Positions 1 through 13,597 of a stretch of DNA of 64,000 nt are shown in pieces (within the stretch, counting starts at the first letter, position 1; every line of letters starts with the position of its first letter). The DNA comes from Callorhinchus milii (Eukaryota). A program made the position numbers and the translations under genes. The notes beneath the pieces are model-generated. The model ran no database searches. It was given only the letters and a program-made list of their open reading frames with translations, and was not told where the DNA came from. The stretch is from positions 106,518,001 to 106,582,000 of the forward strand of contig NW_024704742.1 of assembly GCF_018977255.1 (NCBI RefSeq), written 5' to 3'.

Positions 1-1035
1 AACCACCAAATAGTAATCAACAGCTGAAAACCCAGTTAAATTTCACTCCAAATTGGTATCCTATGTGGGCTGCTGTATAAATGAAAGTTGTAATTTGTAA
101 CCTCCTCCCTGACCATGGGTCACACTAAAGCAAATTGTTACACCCTACAGTCATCCAAGTTGAGATCAATTAACTCAGCACAAACCAAGAATCAAACCTG
201 AGAACTTTTTATGTGGCTCAGTATGACAACTTCTGGTGTATTAATCAACTGAGCCATCAGCGGGAGTTATAAATAACTATTTTCTAAATAAAATTAACAA
301 TTGAGTAAACTGTTTGCAGAGTACATCAACTCAATCTATAACATTGCACTACATGCAGTTAACCACATTAATAATGTAATACATAATTATTTGCCTAGTA
401 ATGCTGGACAGGATAGATTAATGCTGTAAATTTACTTAACAATGTTATTATCAGGAAGGGATAGTATTGGTCTCTTATAATGAGCCTCCTTTCTCAGCTA
501 TTCATTTCAATGTGTTTTAGTAGGAATAAAATGAATACATTTTCACTGGAAACCATGTCAATGACATGTGCAGTACTTGGTTGGAAGTTATCTGCTTATT
601 ACTCTGCCATAACATTTCTGATAAGTGCCTCAAATATTCTCACAGTCCTCATTGTGCCTTGGGCCGACAGTACAGTTATTCTAATGTCCTGGCTAAGTAA
701 TTGACTATTGATGTAAAGAACACAAGTCACCCTTGTCTGTGGCACATCTGAATAGCAGTGATGTCATGAAGAACAAATGGGTTTACCATCTATTAAGAAC
801 GCTGGCTGACACATGAAAGCACGCATCGTGTTAGCCTCATCATCTCGACTACTGATGCACTGTGCCGTTAAACTGGGCTTTAGAATCAAATCCAGGTCTT
901 GTCAAAATCAATGGATTTGATGGGCTGCTGCTGTGAAAAACAGGGGACAGCATTTGTAAAAAAACAAGAGCATAAAACAATTGGCAACCAACACATACAG
1001 AAAGCAGTTTAGAAACCAGCACATGTGATAGTCAC

Positions 1036-1695
1036 ACAACAATAAAATTACATTTGTATAGTGCCTCTCATATCGGGAGAACGTCCCAAGGTGCTGGACA
1101 GTCAGTGTTTCGGAGCTGAGCTGGGGTTTGGGATCAGGGAGTGGGGAGGGCAGGGGGAGAAGCAGGATGATCAAAAGCACGGTCGAGGAGGAGGGTCTTG
1201 AGATGGATCTTGAAGAAGGCAAGGGAGGGGGTGAGGTGGAGGGTCTGTGGGATGGAGTTCCAGAGGGTGGGTGCAGAGTGGCTGAAGGCCTGCCTGCCAA
1301 TGGTGGGACAGCCGAGGTGGGGGACGTGAAGTAGGCCAGAGCCCGCTGAGTGGAGGGAGCGGCAGGTTGGTAGGAGGTAGGAGGTCAGAGGTAGGGGGAG
1401 CAAGGCCATGGAGGCTTTGCAGGTGAGAACCAGGATCTTGAACTGTATCCTCTGTGTGATAGGAAACCAATGGAGTTGGGCGAGGATGGGGGTGATGGGG
1501 TCACAGAGCCTGGTGTGGGAGAGGACATGGGTTGTAGAGTCCTGGATGACCTGAAGCCTATGGAGAGAGGAGTTGGGGAGGCCGACAAGCAGGAAGTTTG
1601 CGTAGTTGAACCTGGATGTTATGAATTCGTGTATGAAGGTCTCGGCAGCCTACGGTGTGAGACAGTGGCGGAGCTAGGCAATGTTGCGGATAGTG
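1036..1695 (-). mobile_element. L2-clade LINE, 5'-truncated (end of ORF2 plus 3' tail)
   Basis: Minus-strand peptides such as LLHVPHLGCPTIGRQAFSHSAPTLWNSIP match the other L2 copies; shared tail ...gcactatacaaatgtaattttattgttg. Confidence 0.9.
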
Positions 1696-3299
1696 AGGCA
1701 AGGCAGAGCGGGTCATGGCATGGTAAAGAACTTTACTGCAAATTGCAGGGCTGCTCAGCAACCTGACTAGGAGAATAAATGAGAACACAAGTTTTTAATG
1801 GTAGTCTCCTGGCTGTCGCTTTATCATTCCAATGACTGGGATGCTACCCTGCGTGAGGGGCGCTATATAAATGCAAGTTGTTGTTGTTGACTGATAGATT
1901 TGTTGAATCAAAGATAATACCGGTCATATTTATTCCTAGAAATTATACCTACACAGCACAAACTAACACTGTACATTTGAAGGGCTGAAATTGCGAAAAC
2001 GCCCTTATCAAAAAGCTCTTGTTTATCATAAAAGATGTCTAACTTTAATAACTGCATGAGTTGGTGTGATTCTACCGACGTTAATCGAGTTTGAAATTGA
2101 AATGAGCCCCAAATTCTGCCCTCTAGAAGTCCATTGACATTTTCAGGAAAGCATCTCTGATCTTATATAAAAAAACACACAGAAGAGAAGAAAAAATAAT
2201 TTGAACTGTGTAGATTCATGCAAGGAAAATCCATAAGGTCAGATGGAATTAGTTTGTCATGTATGTTGTCAAAAAAATCCTAATTATAGAGCGAGTAATT
2301 CGATTTTCACATCTTCTCTAATGAAAATAACAAAACGGAGAAAACATTTAAAGTGACAAAGTGACTTTTCACAGAGAAGTGAATTGAAAGGAGGTATTAA
2401 TAAGAGCTCAGGGATGCTACCCCACATGAGGGACACTGTATAAATGCTGTTGTTGTAGGGAGACTGGCTGTCAGAATAGGTTAGCAGAAATGTAAGTTTG
2501 AATGCGGCCCAGACTGACCAAATAAAAATCTTCTGGTTGTAAGCACCTGAACCTGATTTTACACAAATTGGCAGACTCCCAAGGATCATCGGCGTGGGAA
2601 ATGGGAAATCAAGCTGGGCTGCAGGGAGCTGTTACTCTGACGTTGGGGATACAGTGAGCTTTACTCAGAGTCCATCTGTGTTATAGGTAAAGTGGGAGTG
2701 GAAAAATTGGTAATATATTTCCTCCCTCTGCAATAACAACTCTCACTGTCTTAAGCATATATGAGGGAAAATGGAATAGAGAGGTATGAGTGAGAGGAAT
2801 ATGAGGGCTGGGGACTGCAGTGAAACGTAAACATCATTACTGACTAATTGGGTCGAATGGCCTGTTTCTGTGCCTTGTCATTCTATGTAACTCTATGTAA
2901 GTACAACCAGCTACAGAAGACAGTCTTCTTTACATTATATACTGTAAAGCAGTTTGAAATGACATCCTGACTTGAAAGGCGTTCTGTCAAATACAAATAT
3001 TATTATTTGTTTTATCCACTAATTAACAACTTGCATTTATAGCGAGCATTGATAAAGTGCCCTCCACATGGGGGAGGGTCTAATCGGCAACCACAGACCA
3101 ATACCCTGGGTCAACCTTCTCAGAAATCAGCATTGAGATGGGTGTCTTAGTTATGGGCTTTCTCTGACACACTCAGTGTGTTAAATTTTAAATGTTAAAT
3201 ATGTATTGTTAAATCAACCTCAACATCCTCAAATGTTTGGCATTCAGTTTGAGGGTTTTAAGTGATAGATACTATGATAACAAATATAGTGTTTTTCAG

Positions 3300-3625
3300 G
3301 AAGAAGCTATTATAAGCTCAACAAGTTCAACCCTTTTTGATCAATCTTGAGCTCCATCTTCCAGTCTTCTCATCAGATCCCTCAGTTTCTATCTCCAGAA
3401 TGGTTCTCGATGCCCCTTGAAGCCATACTGATCAGTTCCATTGTGTTCCCTGGTAATTTATTCCATATGTTGGCAACCATCATGTAAAAAATGTCTCTCT
3501 GACATCCTGCCTTGCCATTACCTTCCTAATATTTCATTTGTGTCCCCTGGCATTTGAACTCTTTGACATTCTGAACAATTTGCCCAGATCAGCTGTCTCA
3601 GTCCTCTTGATGATTTTGAAGTTAA
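3300..3625 (-). mobile_element. Decayed CR1 3' fragment
   Basis: Reverse complement resembles the CR1 C-terminus and 3' UTR seen at 51000-51400. Confidence 0.55.
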
Positions 3626-5119
3626 ATGTCGTAGTTCAAGAGGTTATGAAGCATTGAACACCTCCCAGTGCTCAATAAACACTGACTCTGCAGTTGAGGT
3701 TAAGGTATTTATTGATGTGGCTATTCTTTAGCCCTTGAACTTGCAAATATATCACAGATTGTAATGGACAATATAATTTTAACTATTTTAACATTGCAAT
3801 AAATGATATTTAAACAGTTTTTAAAGCTTCTTGTCCCAACTTTTCAGTATCACAGAAAAGTGTAACAGTCAATTTACATCACATTAGTGTTTACTGTGGA
3901 GTTAGTTCCTGAAAGTTGCTTTTAAATATTTATTTTGGGAGGAGAACTTCCACCCGGATCTGGATTTACACTGTTTATGCAGAGCTTTAATTGCCCAGAA
4001 TTTGGCAAATTGTTCAATTTAGTCTAAACTTTGAAGTGGATTTTCTATATCTCTTAAAAGAACTTACAGAAAACCGGCTCACAAAATTAAGACTTTAAGA
4101 ATGAAAGAATTTACAAATTTAAGAAGTTGCAAAATTTTGGATGTTTTAAAATACAAGAATAGAATAAATCAAGACCCAAGTGGAATTGCATCTCTTGTAT
4201 TGTTTAAAATATTGTATTTTATAATAGTCAGTGACAATTGAGGATTAGCAAGGAGAAGGATGCGTTCTGATGTTTGACAGAGAGAATTATCAAACAAATT
4301 AATTATTTATTCTGCAAAAGCCGTGATTGATTTCTGGAGTTAAGAGGTGATCTGTTTTATTCTTATATTGGTCCAGTTGGTGGTTATAAAAAACATTTTG
4401 GAGAGATTCAGCTATTTGGGTCAAACCTAGTTTAAGGTTTAGTGATATAAACTGTTATTATCATTATCCAGCCTGTATCAGAGTGATTGTAACTACATCA
4501 GGGATGTTACAAACAGGTTAAAGTATACAGAAGAAATCAAAATAAACAATCACCTGCAAGCTTGATGCCATTTACTTTTTACTAGTCTGCCAAAATGAAG
4601 ATTAATGTCTTGTAGTTCTGAACGGAATGAAATTCAACAGATCAAACCTCTCTGATGTGATTTTTAAGTCGAGGTGGATCAAGATAATACAATGCAATGA
4701 TACCAGAGACAAACTGACAGGATGTGGGATTCTCTCCCAGGATTGTTCTGAGGGGATGTTGCAAGGATGTCTTGGCCATTTCTTCAACCATTGAAACACC
4801 CTGACTGGGAAAGGGGAGAGCGGTTCTAAACAATGTATTTGTCCTTTCAACTGAGCCATTACGCCAAGGGGATTGGGAGAGAATGTATTTAAATGGAAGA
4901 AATGAAAATCGCAAGTTGGAAAGGGGAAACATTTCCATCTTTGAAAATAGAACTTTTTAGCTTTTCAGAGATTTTGTTTTTGTTCTTGATACTCACGCAT
5001 CCTTGCAGAATGCAAATGTTTTACAGAACAAATTTTCCATTTAGGCAAATAATCATTTAAATCTAAAATATCTGTTTAATAAACATTTGAGTGAAAAATG
5101 CCCTCTCATGGTAATCGAT

Positions 5120-6127
5120 TGTCGTCCTCAGACATGGGGTCAACTTCCACGTGTATGTGGATGACACCCAACTCAACCTCTCTGCCTCCAGCCTTGACTC
5201 CAGAACCACTGCTGTCCTGACAGAATGTCTGTCAGACATCAAGTCCTGGATGAGAGTTAACTTTCTTCAGTTGAACGTCAACAAGACCGAGGCTCTCCTG
5301 ATTGGTTCCCATCAGCGCCTCCTCACCTCACGACATCACCATCCATGGTTACACACTCCACCTTGCTAAGCCAGTCCAGAACCTTGGGGTCTTGTTTGAC
5401 CCTCAACTATCCTTTCTACCCCACGTCTATGCCATGATCCGCTCTACCTTCCTCTACCTCTGCAACATCGACCGGCTCCACCACTGTCTCACACCGCAGG
5501 TTGCTGAAACCCTCATACACGCATTCATTACATCGAGGTTTGACTATGCAAACTCCTTGTTTGTCGGCCTCCCCAATTCCTCCCTCCATAGGCTGCATAT
5601 CATCCAGAACTCTGCAGCCCGTGTCCTCTCCCGCACCAGGCTCCAGGACACTATCAGCCCCATACTCGCCCGACTCCATTGGCTTCCAATCACACAGAGC
5701 ATACCGTTCAAGATCCTGGTCCTCACCTTCAAAGCCCTCCATGGTCTTGCTCCCCATATCTCTCCAACTTCCTAGGCCCCTACCATCCTGCCCTCTCCCT
5801 CTGCTCAGTGGGCTCCGGCCTGTTTCACTTCCCCCGCCTCGCCTGCCCCACCATTGGCGGGTGGGCCTTCTGCTTCTCTGCCTGCACCCTCTGGAATTCC
5901 ATCCCGCAATCCCTCTGCTATGCCTCCTCCCTTGCCTCCTTCAAGGCCCATCTCAAAAACCCCCTCTTCGACTGTGCTATCGATCATCCTCCTTCCCCCC
6001 ACTGACCTCCACCCTCCCCAGTCCTGACCCCCAGCTCGGGTCCAAATCTCTGTCTGTCCAAAAGCTTGGGACATCCTCTCGACTTGGAAGGCGCTATACA
6101 AATGTAATTTTGTTATTGTTGTTGTTT
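5120..6127 (+). mobile_element. L2-clade LINE, 5'-truncated RT region plus 3' tail
   Basis: HVYVDDTQL, DIKSWMRVNFLQLNVNKTE, NLGVLFDPQLSF, LIHAFITSRFDYANSL, LHWLPI, with frameshifts; (TTG)n tail. Confidence 0.95.
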
Positions 6128-7469
6128 TCACCCTTATATTAAAAAAAATGAAATAGAGAACATTTAGTTTAAGGTAACTGAGGCATGACATTTATTATGG
6201 GCTTAGCCTTAATGTCATGCAAACTTTTGGAGCCTGCTTATATTGAGTCTTAATTTGGAAAGCAGATTTCCATAGTTGTTAAAAGTGTTTAGAAGACAAT
6301 TCTTATAGTCTTAAGTCCATGATAACCCTGTGCCTCTAGTGTGTACAGGTGCGCAACAGGGCTATTACTGTGGTAAGGTGCAATATCCTAAAAAATGTAC
6401 TGTACCTCTGTGCATCTCAGAAAGGTAAAGAGCAGGGCTTTTGTTAAAGATCATTCTTGCTCTGATATTTTTATATTTGCAGCTGGTGAAACAAATTGGG
6501 TTAAGATAATTTTATACAGCTATGATTAACGGCAGTACAGGCACACTCAGATAACAGATATAATCCTAGATTCAAGTTATTTCTGGTTTTCCCATATATG
6601 GTCATAGATTCGAAAGCCTCCAGTCTTAATCCCAATTAGGGAGCAGTGGAATTCTGTGAGTCTTTTGCACATAAATGCTTTCAGAAGAATTATGTCATGG
6701 TTAGTCTTCAAATGCTTGAAAATGACAGAGAAACAATCACAAATGCACAATGTAATTAAACCAGTTACATAACTTTGCACAATACACACAGGATTCAGAG
6801 GCACATTTCCCTCTCTCTGTCAGTGCTAGATTGCTAAGTGAATAATTTGTATGATGTTTCTGTTTATACCAGTGCAATGGCCCTCATTCTAGATGGTAGA
6901 GTATTCTGGCTCCCCAGGTCCTCTTGTCAGTAAGAACGATTGTGTGAGAGAGCAGAGATAAAGATTGAATTGTATTATCAAGTTTGCCCAATGCTACAAA
7001 GGAATCTTTATTTCATCTTCTGTCAGTAAGGCAGGTGCTGGGCAGAGTGCTGCATATTTCCCACTTCCACTGTTATTGCATCCACTTTAAAGCTGAGATC
7101 AGCCATCTGAGAGCAAATACATTCTCGACACCTGCTGTGAGTGGTTTTACAACGTACAAGAGTAGAACAGCAAGGCACATCAAGATTTTTGTGGATGACA
7201 TTGTATCCAGGATGGAGCAAAGTTCCACAATGTAACAAATTAATTCTATGAGTGGTGCTGATCTGGTAACTGAACGGTTTCATTCATAAAGGCAATCCAA
7301 GTATTAATTATTGCCATTTAGATTCCACACCAAATATGTGTTAAAGCCCCATGGTATGCTGGGTGGACATTACACTGTACAAAACTAAAGCCTTTCTGCT
7401 ATATTCATCCCTTGATGTTGAAGGTTATACGTGGGAGTTTGTGATTCTAGCAAACCTATTTAGGCTACT

Positions 7470-7862
7470 TTTCCCCCTCAATTCGGTGATCCGTGTGTAC
7501 AGTTCCCCAGGCATCAAGAGCCCTCTAGTACTTCTTCCAAGTGACTGGTTTTCATGTGTGAGCCCAGATAATGAATGTTGACGGGGTATTTGACTAAGGG
7601 CAACACAACCATGCCCAATCCCATCTTCGCCTGAAGTCTATGCATATGCACTTTTTGGCAGGGTTCATTAAATAGATATCAGGATTGGAAAGACTGGCTG
7701 TTTTTTCCCTTCCCTAATCTATTGCTGCAAAGGCCAATTGCTGGTTCTCTCGGCACGACCCTGGGCTGAGATCAGCTTTCTCATGATGGAAAGAATTGAA
7801 CTGAGACCTTCATGGTCACAGCAGCACACCATGTAGTATATTTAGCCAGTGAATCATCAGGG
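7470..7862 (-). mobile_element. Third, older tRNA-derived SINE family (another copy at about 100-265, minus)
   Basis: The two loci share reverse-complement head motifs (catcag end, gagatca.. and cctgag/ctgag segments). Family name not assigned. Confidence 0.55.
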
Positions 7863-8244
7863 CAAATTGCATAGAGGGCAGTGAAGCATTGAAACTGTCT
7901 CCAAGAATATGCTTTTGGCATAGCTGAGGAGAAACGCTCCATGCATCATGTAACTAGCTTTTATTTTATCTCATCTTGGTTCTCTTTCCTGGAATGTTAT
8001 TCAAAGTGACACTTGGGTGTAATATTGCCAACTGCAAGTAAAATATCCTAGAGGAATTTCTACTTTTGTTTGCAAGAGTCTATTGAAACAGACAAATCAT
8101 GCTAGGATGTTATTGTACTGGATCTACTGCTTAAATCATGCAACTTCATTGAGTGGGTTTCTCATACTGCAGCAGGGTAACAGACCACATTGTCATATTC
8201 ATAGCACTGTTGGGTCAGTTGGCAGCTCAGGAATGGTTTCTAGT

Positions 8245-8670
8245 ACCATGTGTCAGGCTGGCTCAGTCAGTAGAACTCTTGCCTCTGAGTCAGAGAGTTG
8301 CGTGTTCAAGCCCCACATTGGGACGTTGAACTCACAGACTAGGTTAATGCTCCACTGCAGTGTTGAGGGAGTACAGCACTGTCAGAGGTGTCAATTTTCA
8401 AATGGAGCATTAAACAGAAGGCCGTCTGCCTCTTCATTAAAGATCCCATGGCACTATTCAAAAAGAGAAGGTAGATTTATCCTTGTTTTGTGGCCACAAA
8501 TCCCTCATATAAAACTGGCCATTCACTTCATGCTTGTTCGTGGGACATTACCATGCACAAATTGGCTGTTGAGTTTGCCTAGAAAATCCACAGTCGCTGG
8601 AATTTACAGTAAACCCTGTGAAGTGCTTTGAGACATTCTTCAAAGGCACTATATTAAATGCAAGAATTCT
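8245..8670 (+). mobile_element. SacSINE1-like DeuSINE (older family)
   Basis: tRNA-like head (ggctcagtcagtag...gttcaagcccc), Deu domain (gtcagaggtg...taaacagaaggcc...aaagatcccatggcactatt) and shared tail. Confidence 0.8.
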
Positions 8671-9851
8671 TCTTCTTATGAAATGAACAAATGGTGGATT
8701 CTGTAACACTGGAACAGGATACTCTGCTGACTAAGCAGATTAGTAGTTTGGGGGAGTAGAAATGTTTAAGGACTTTGTTAAGGATTAAATACACCATTAG
8801 CTCACTGTTTGGTCACAAGAATGCACCAATACACCTGCTGAACTGTGCACCTCATGGTACAAATTCACTGTATAATCTACTTTCACTTTCTGACTAATCC
8901 TCTGTGAACTCAGAATGTCCTGGTTAACATATTTTCACACCGATTTTAACTACTTTGTTTGGATTTGCTCTTCTTTCTCTGCTGTGTCCCAATTTAAAAT
9001 TAAACAGATCTGTCATCTCTCACTTAAAGCTGGAGTGATACAATGCAGATTCCGGCTCAGGAATTTTAACCATCATAAACTGAGGGCTATACTGTAAATC
9101 CTGTAACAAATATATGAAATATTACTCTAGTTTTTTGTCATTCAGGCTGTCTCACATATATTGAGCTCTGCATCCTTTTTGTTCCATTAAACATAAAATA
9201 AATCCTTGCATGCCAATACAATCTGTGTTTTAGAAATAAGTTGAATAGAAACCACTGGGTGGAAAAATTACAAGAAACATTCGTCAGAAATAGTCACCAT
9301 TCATTAAAATATAGAGCCCACTATAATTTTTACATCTAAGGAGCTAATTTAAGAGTAGGTGCTGTAGAGTTATATCATTCTCTGAACATGTCATATTTTT
9401 CATCGGTGACACATGTCAGTTGTTGTTTATTGTTAGATTTATCAGGGGTTTTGATGGACTGATATGTAACTGGATAGCTGGGTTACAGGAAGAAATATAA
9501 GCAATGTATGTTTGTACATGCTCATTCCAATCCACATTCCCTTGTTAAAATCTAATTGTTTATTTTCAGCCGAGAGAATCTCTAATGGACCAAAGCAGCA
9601 ATTAACTGAGATATTATTATTTGGAACAATTACAATTATTTTAATCAAAATATTATAAATGTTAGGAATATGAGCCCAACTCTCATCAACTGAAGTACAA
9701 ATTGTCGAATGAATCTATTTTGTACAAATCCCTCCACACATGTATATTTTGTATATTTTAAATACCATTCAGTATCAAGCACTGAAAAGGTCCAGAATGT
9801 TTCTTTGCTAATGTCTGCTGCTGTTTTCTATAGTAGACCATGTTTAGGATT

Positions 9852-10210
9852 GTGGGGTCCTGTAGCTTAGTGGTTAGAGCCCTCGCCTCGGAAGCAAGAA
9901 GCAAGAAGTTTCCTTACTCCACATGCCTCTGTTTACCTAGCAGTAAGTAGGAATCCAGTTGTTATTTCATTGGTGGATTGCTTTTCCAGTGGTAATAATC
10001 CATTCAAAAAACATTTTTAAAAAAAGACAATAATAATTGGGTCAATCAATCCACGACTGTTTGTGGGACACTGCTGTGCGTAATTGGCTGCCACGTATAG
10101 CACACAAAATACACAGTTAATTCATTTTAAAGTATATTCAGTGAAGTGCTTTGAGACATCTCAAAGACATAATAAGGTGGTATATCGAATGCAAGGATAC
10201 TTATTATTTA
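9852..10210 (+). mobile_element. tRNA-Ala SINE, long subfamily
   Basis: Has the extra segment tgcctctgtttacctagcagtaagtagg...gattgcttttcc that the young copies lack. Confidence 0.85.
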
Positions 10211-10738
10211 TTGGCAGCAGAGCTGGGCTTACAACAAGGCAAGGTCCTCAAAAGGAAGGATGAAACCTCTGAGCTCTTCTCACACTTTCAGGTAGACAGC
10301 TAACAGTGGCATCAGTGTCCCTTTGTTATCTCACCTACAGGAAACCTGTGGTCCAGTGAGAGAACGAAGTGGAGGAATGATGCTTAGATAGGAAAGTATT
10401 TCATGACCCACAAATTTAAACGAACTGGATTGAACCAAAACTGACAGCTAATAACTGAGCAAAAATGGTGTAGAATTGTCTTGTTTAAAACATTTTGAAA
10501 ATGTGTTGTACAGCATACAGTATTTAGAAATATTGTTATTAGGAATCTTTTGTGTGTTAGTGTATTTCTATATTTACAGACGTAAGAATTGTAGTTCAGG
10601 CAACTTAGACATTATTCTTGTTGTACAGGGTAGTATTTACGACACAGTGGTTGACATGTCATACTGAGTGAGCTCAAGCACAGCTGCCTGTCGGGAATAG
10701 ACAGATAGATAGTAAAAAAAAATCAGTAAATCACCTAC

Positions 10739-10805
10739 CATGATGTACATGACATGGGATGCACTTGATAAGATGTGTAAAGTGCAAGGACAAAACATGA
10801 CAAAA
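10739..10805 (-). CDS. KRTCAP2: KRTCAP2-like coding exon, 67 nt
   Basis: Acceptor tttttccattttctccccag; donor gtaggt. In frame with the preceding exon it gives VLSCFVLALYTSYQVHPMSCTS(C/W), versus remembered human [23 protein letters not shown]. Confidence 0.85.
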
Positions 10806-11824
10806 CTGGGGAGAAAATGGAAAAATTAATAGTTGCTCGTCGAACGCTGTTTTCAATGCAATGCTGACATTTGACTGAGAGATAAATTACAAATTTCTAT
10901 TACGCCTGACATGAGATAAACAGCATTATTCTACCCATCTGTTATAATATCCTAAGGTTATGCTACTGTATAGGAGAATCATTGCCAGATATGGATCAGC
11001 TGTAGTATTAAAGCTCTCAATTTAGTCATGACTGAAAATATATATAGTTACTGAACATGATGGTGCCATTCTGTTCAACCCTGAGCTAAGTTTCAAACCT
11101 CACATCTAATTAATTGCCATGAACACTTTTTTCTACAACAGAAACATTGATCGCAAGGTAGCTTTGAATTAAAAAAGCTCTTTGATCCATTTGATTCCAG
11201 AAACCAACCCTACTGTGTTTCTATTCCAGCATCAAACCATTTCTTAATTCAGGCCAGTATCCTGGCCTGGAACTATTCTTCCTACTATCCCAATCCAGAT
11301 GTTGATTACTGTAAATTTCCCATTGCTTGTCCAACTGGGTACACCTTATCATTAGGGTTTTGCCTTGAAGAACCAAGTGGAAAGAATCCCTTTTGCTATT
11401 GACTGGTCTGCTCCTCAAAGGCCTGCTAAAGCGCCAGGCTGGCTAGTCCATCATCAATATTGCTTTGGAGTTCTGCAGACCTCTCTGGTTTAGGAATCAG
11501 ACTACCAAGACCACCTCAGAATATTGACTGAATTTCAATCTTCCATTTTTAGTCATGTAATTCTAGGACTGAATCCAACAACACAGAGATCCCTCTTGCC
11601 TCCCACCCAAGGAGGATAGCCACTAATTGATCAAAGGCTTTCATATAAATATAAAATATATCCCATGATCTAACAAAAACTTAATTTTACAGAATCATTT
11701 TGGACTATCTGAACGTTCACAATATTGCACAGAACATAGTTAGTTTGGAACTATTCATGAACTGTGTTTACATAAATTAATGTTGTAACAAGTATTGAAT
11801 CACTCATGTGCATTTGATTCTCAC

Positions 11825-11888
11825 CTTCAGGGAAAAATGTTGCCTCAAATCCCATTCCAAATATCATGTTCTCGAGATTGTTGATCGC
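11825..11888 (-). CDS. KRTCAP2: KRTCAP2-like coding exon, 64 nt
   Basis: Translates AINNLENMIFGMGFEATFFPE, versus remembered human [21 protein letters not shown]. Preceded by U12 branch site TTCCTTGAC and ag; followed by donor gtgaga; phase 0 in, phase 1 out. Confidence 0.92.
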
Positions 11889-13597
11889 CTGAATGAAAAA
11901 CAAGTCAAGGAAGAAAGTAGACAATTGTAAAAAAGAAACAAAGCTGTTTCTTTCCACTGACAACCCTAGAGAGAAAGTAATACAAAACTATGGCCTGTCA
12001 CACAAACAACCTGCCAAAGGGAAAACACATTCATTTCTACTCCTGTATATTTCAATTTTTAGACTCTGCAGACAAAACTTTTGAAGTTAATCCTTCAATC
12101 TCCCTTGCCTTGAGTGTATTGGGAGACCATAACAATAGAAACAAATCCAGTTCTCCTATGTAGAAGTTGTGAATCTGCTAACCTGAAAGCATGTCTTTCA
12201 GTCACCCCGCACGTCTGGCTAAAGTCTCAGTCAGAAACGATGATGCTGTACTAGAGGAAGATTTGTTTGTGCGCTCCTACCTAATGAATACAGAACAATT
12301 AAACTGGAATTAATTCCTACTTGTGAACATTAACAATCTGTTTTAAGTAACCTTCAAACTCCTCACCTTGTTCTTAAACTACCTTTTAAGTACCTCGAGC
12401 AGCCATGCATTAGTGAACATACATTCCTCATATTTCCATCAGTAATTTGTCAGGTTTCACTACGTCTTTTACTTGTAACTTGCATTTTACTTTGAAACAT
12501 TGACTAAAATTAATGGAATAACAGAAGCCAGATGACTTATCTGTCATCATCAAATTTATTTAATTCTTCCCAAATCCCAGTCGTCTAGTTCCACCATCCT
12601 TCTTCACCTGTGAAAGTGACAGAGCACAGGCCAATCCAAGGACAATGTTATTGTTATTCTAATATTGTACCGGCCATTGCTGAGAGCACATTTGTAACAC
12701 TGTTGAGTGGATAATATGAAGTTCATCAACTTTAGATATCCATGGGAAAATCTAAGTACAGATGCAAAATTTGCTAGCACCAGTGAACAGATACATTATT
12801 TACTATTGTGTTTGCTCTTGGTCACCCTGCCTTCAGAAGGACATTGAAAACTGGAGAGTAAAGAATTGAGGGACGCAGGGCTTTGTGATCTCAGGAGAGG
12901 CTCGCAGATGCTTTCATTGGCAAGAAAGAGATTGTGAAAGAATATGATTTGGATCTTTAAAACGCTGGGAGGCAATTGGTGATGCCAATAGAACAGGCTA
13001 TTTCATTTAAACCGTGAGCACAAAATGAGAGGGTAAAAGATTAAAATTAATCTGCCTCCAGGGAGATGATAAATATTCTTTTTCCTGCAGCAGTGAATTT
13101 GTGGGCCAAACTCCCAATTGACGCTGCTATGAAATAATGATATCATAGTGGAGCTGGATGAATAGCCAGTTCATAACATTAGTGGAGTGTACAATGGTAG
13201 AGGCAGGCTGAGATAGACACATCGCCCATAAAGCATGAAAGTTCTTGTGCTGTTAGGATGGGACAGAAGTGACATGTTTGTGCAGGGAAGGAAGGGTTCA
13301 TTTTTGGTAATGTGGAGAGGAAGAGCAGCTGGATTTCCATTGGGGTGAAGGAGAATGGTCAATTCAATGAGAATAATCAAATTGGACAATTTTAATGAAT
13401 ACAATGTAGCAGTATGTCTCTTTGCTAAATCATCATTCATGAAGTGAATGGCTAATTTTATCATGGGGATTGTTGACCAGGGAACTGGTAGAAACTCCCT
13501 TCTTTTACCAAATAGTGTCATGAGATTTTTAAATGAGTTAAGTGTTAGCTTTGCTCAAAGTAACCTAGCTGAGAAATGGTCATTTTTGTCTTACCTA

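Noticed and set aside
8083..8631. 182 aa ORF
   Set aside because: It runs through a SacSINE1-like SINE; chance open frame.
9236..9280. Strong minus-strand acceptor (tttttccacccag) as the KRTCAP2-like last exon
   Set aside because: The phase-compatible frame gives CGFYSTYF* and stops early. Acceptors near 1770 and 2320 likewise give early stops or unrelated peptides.
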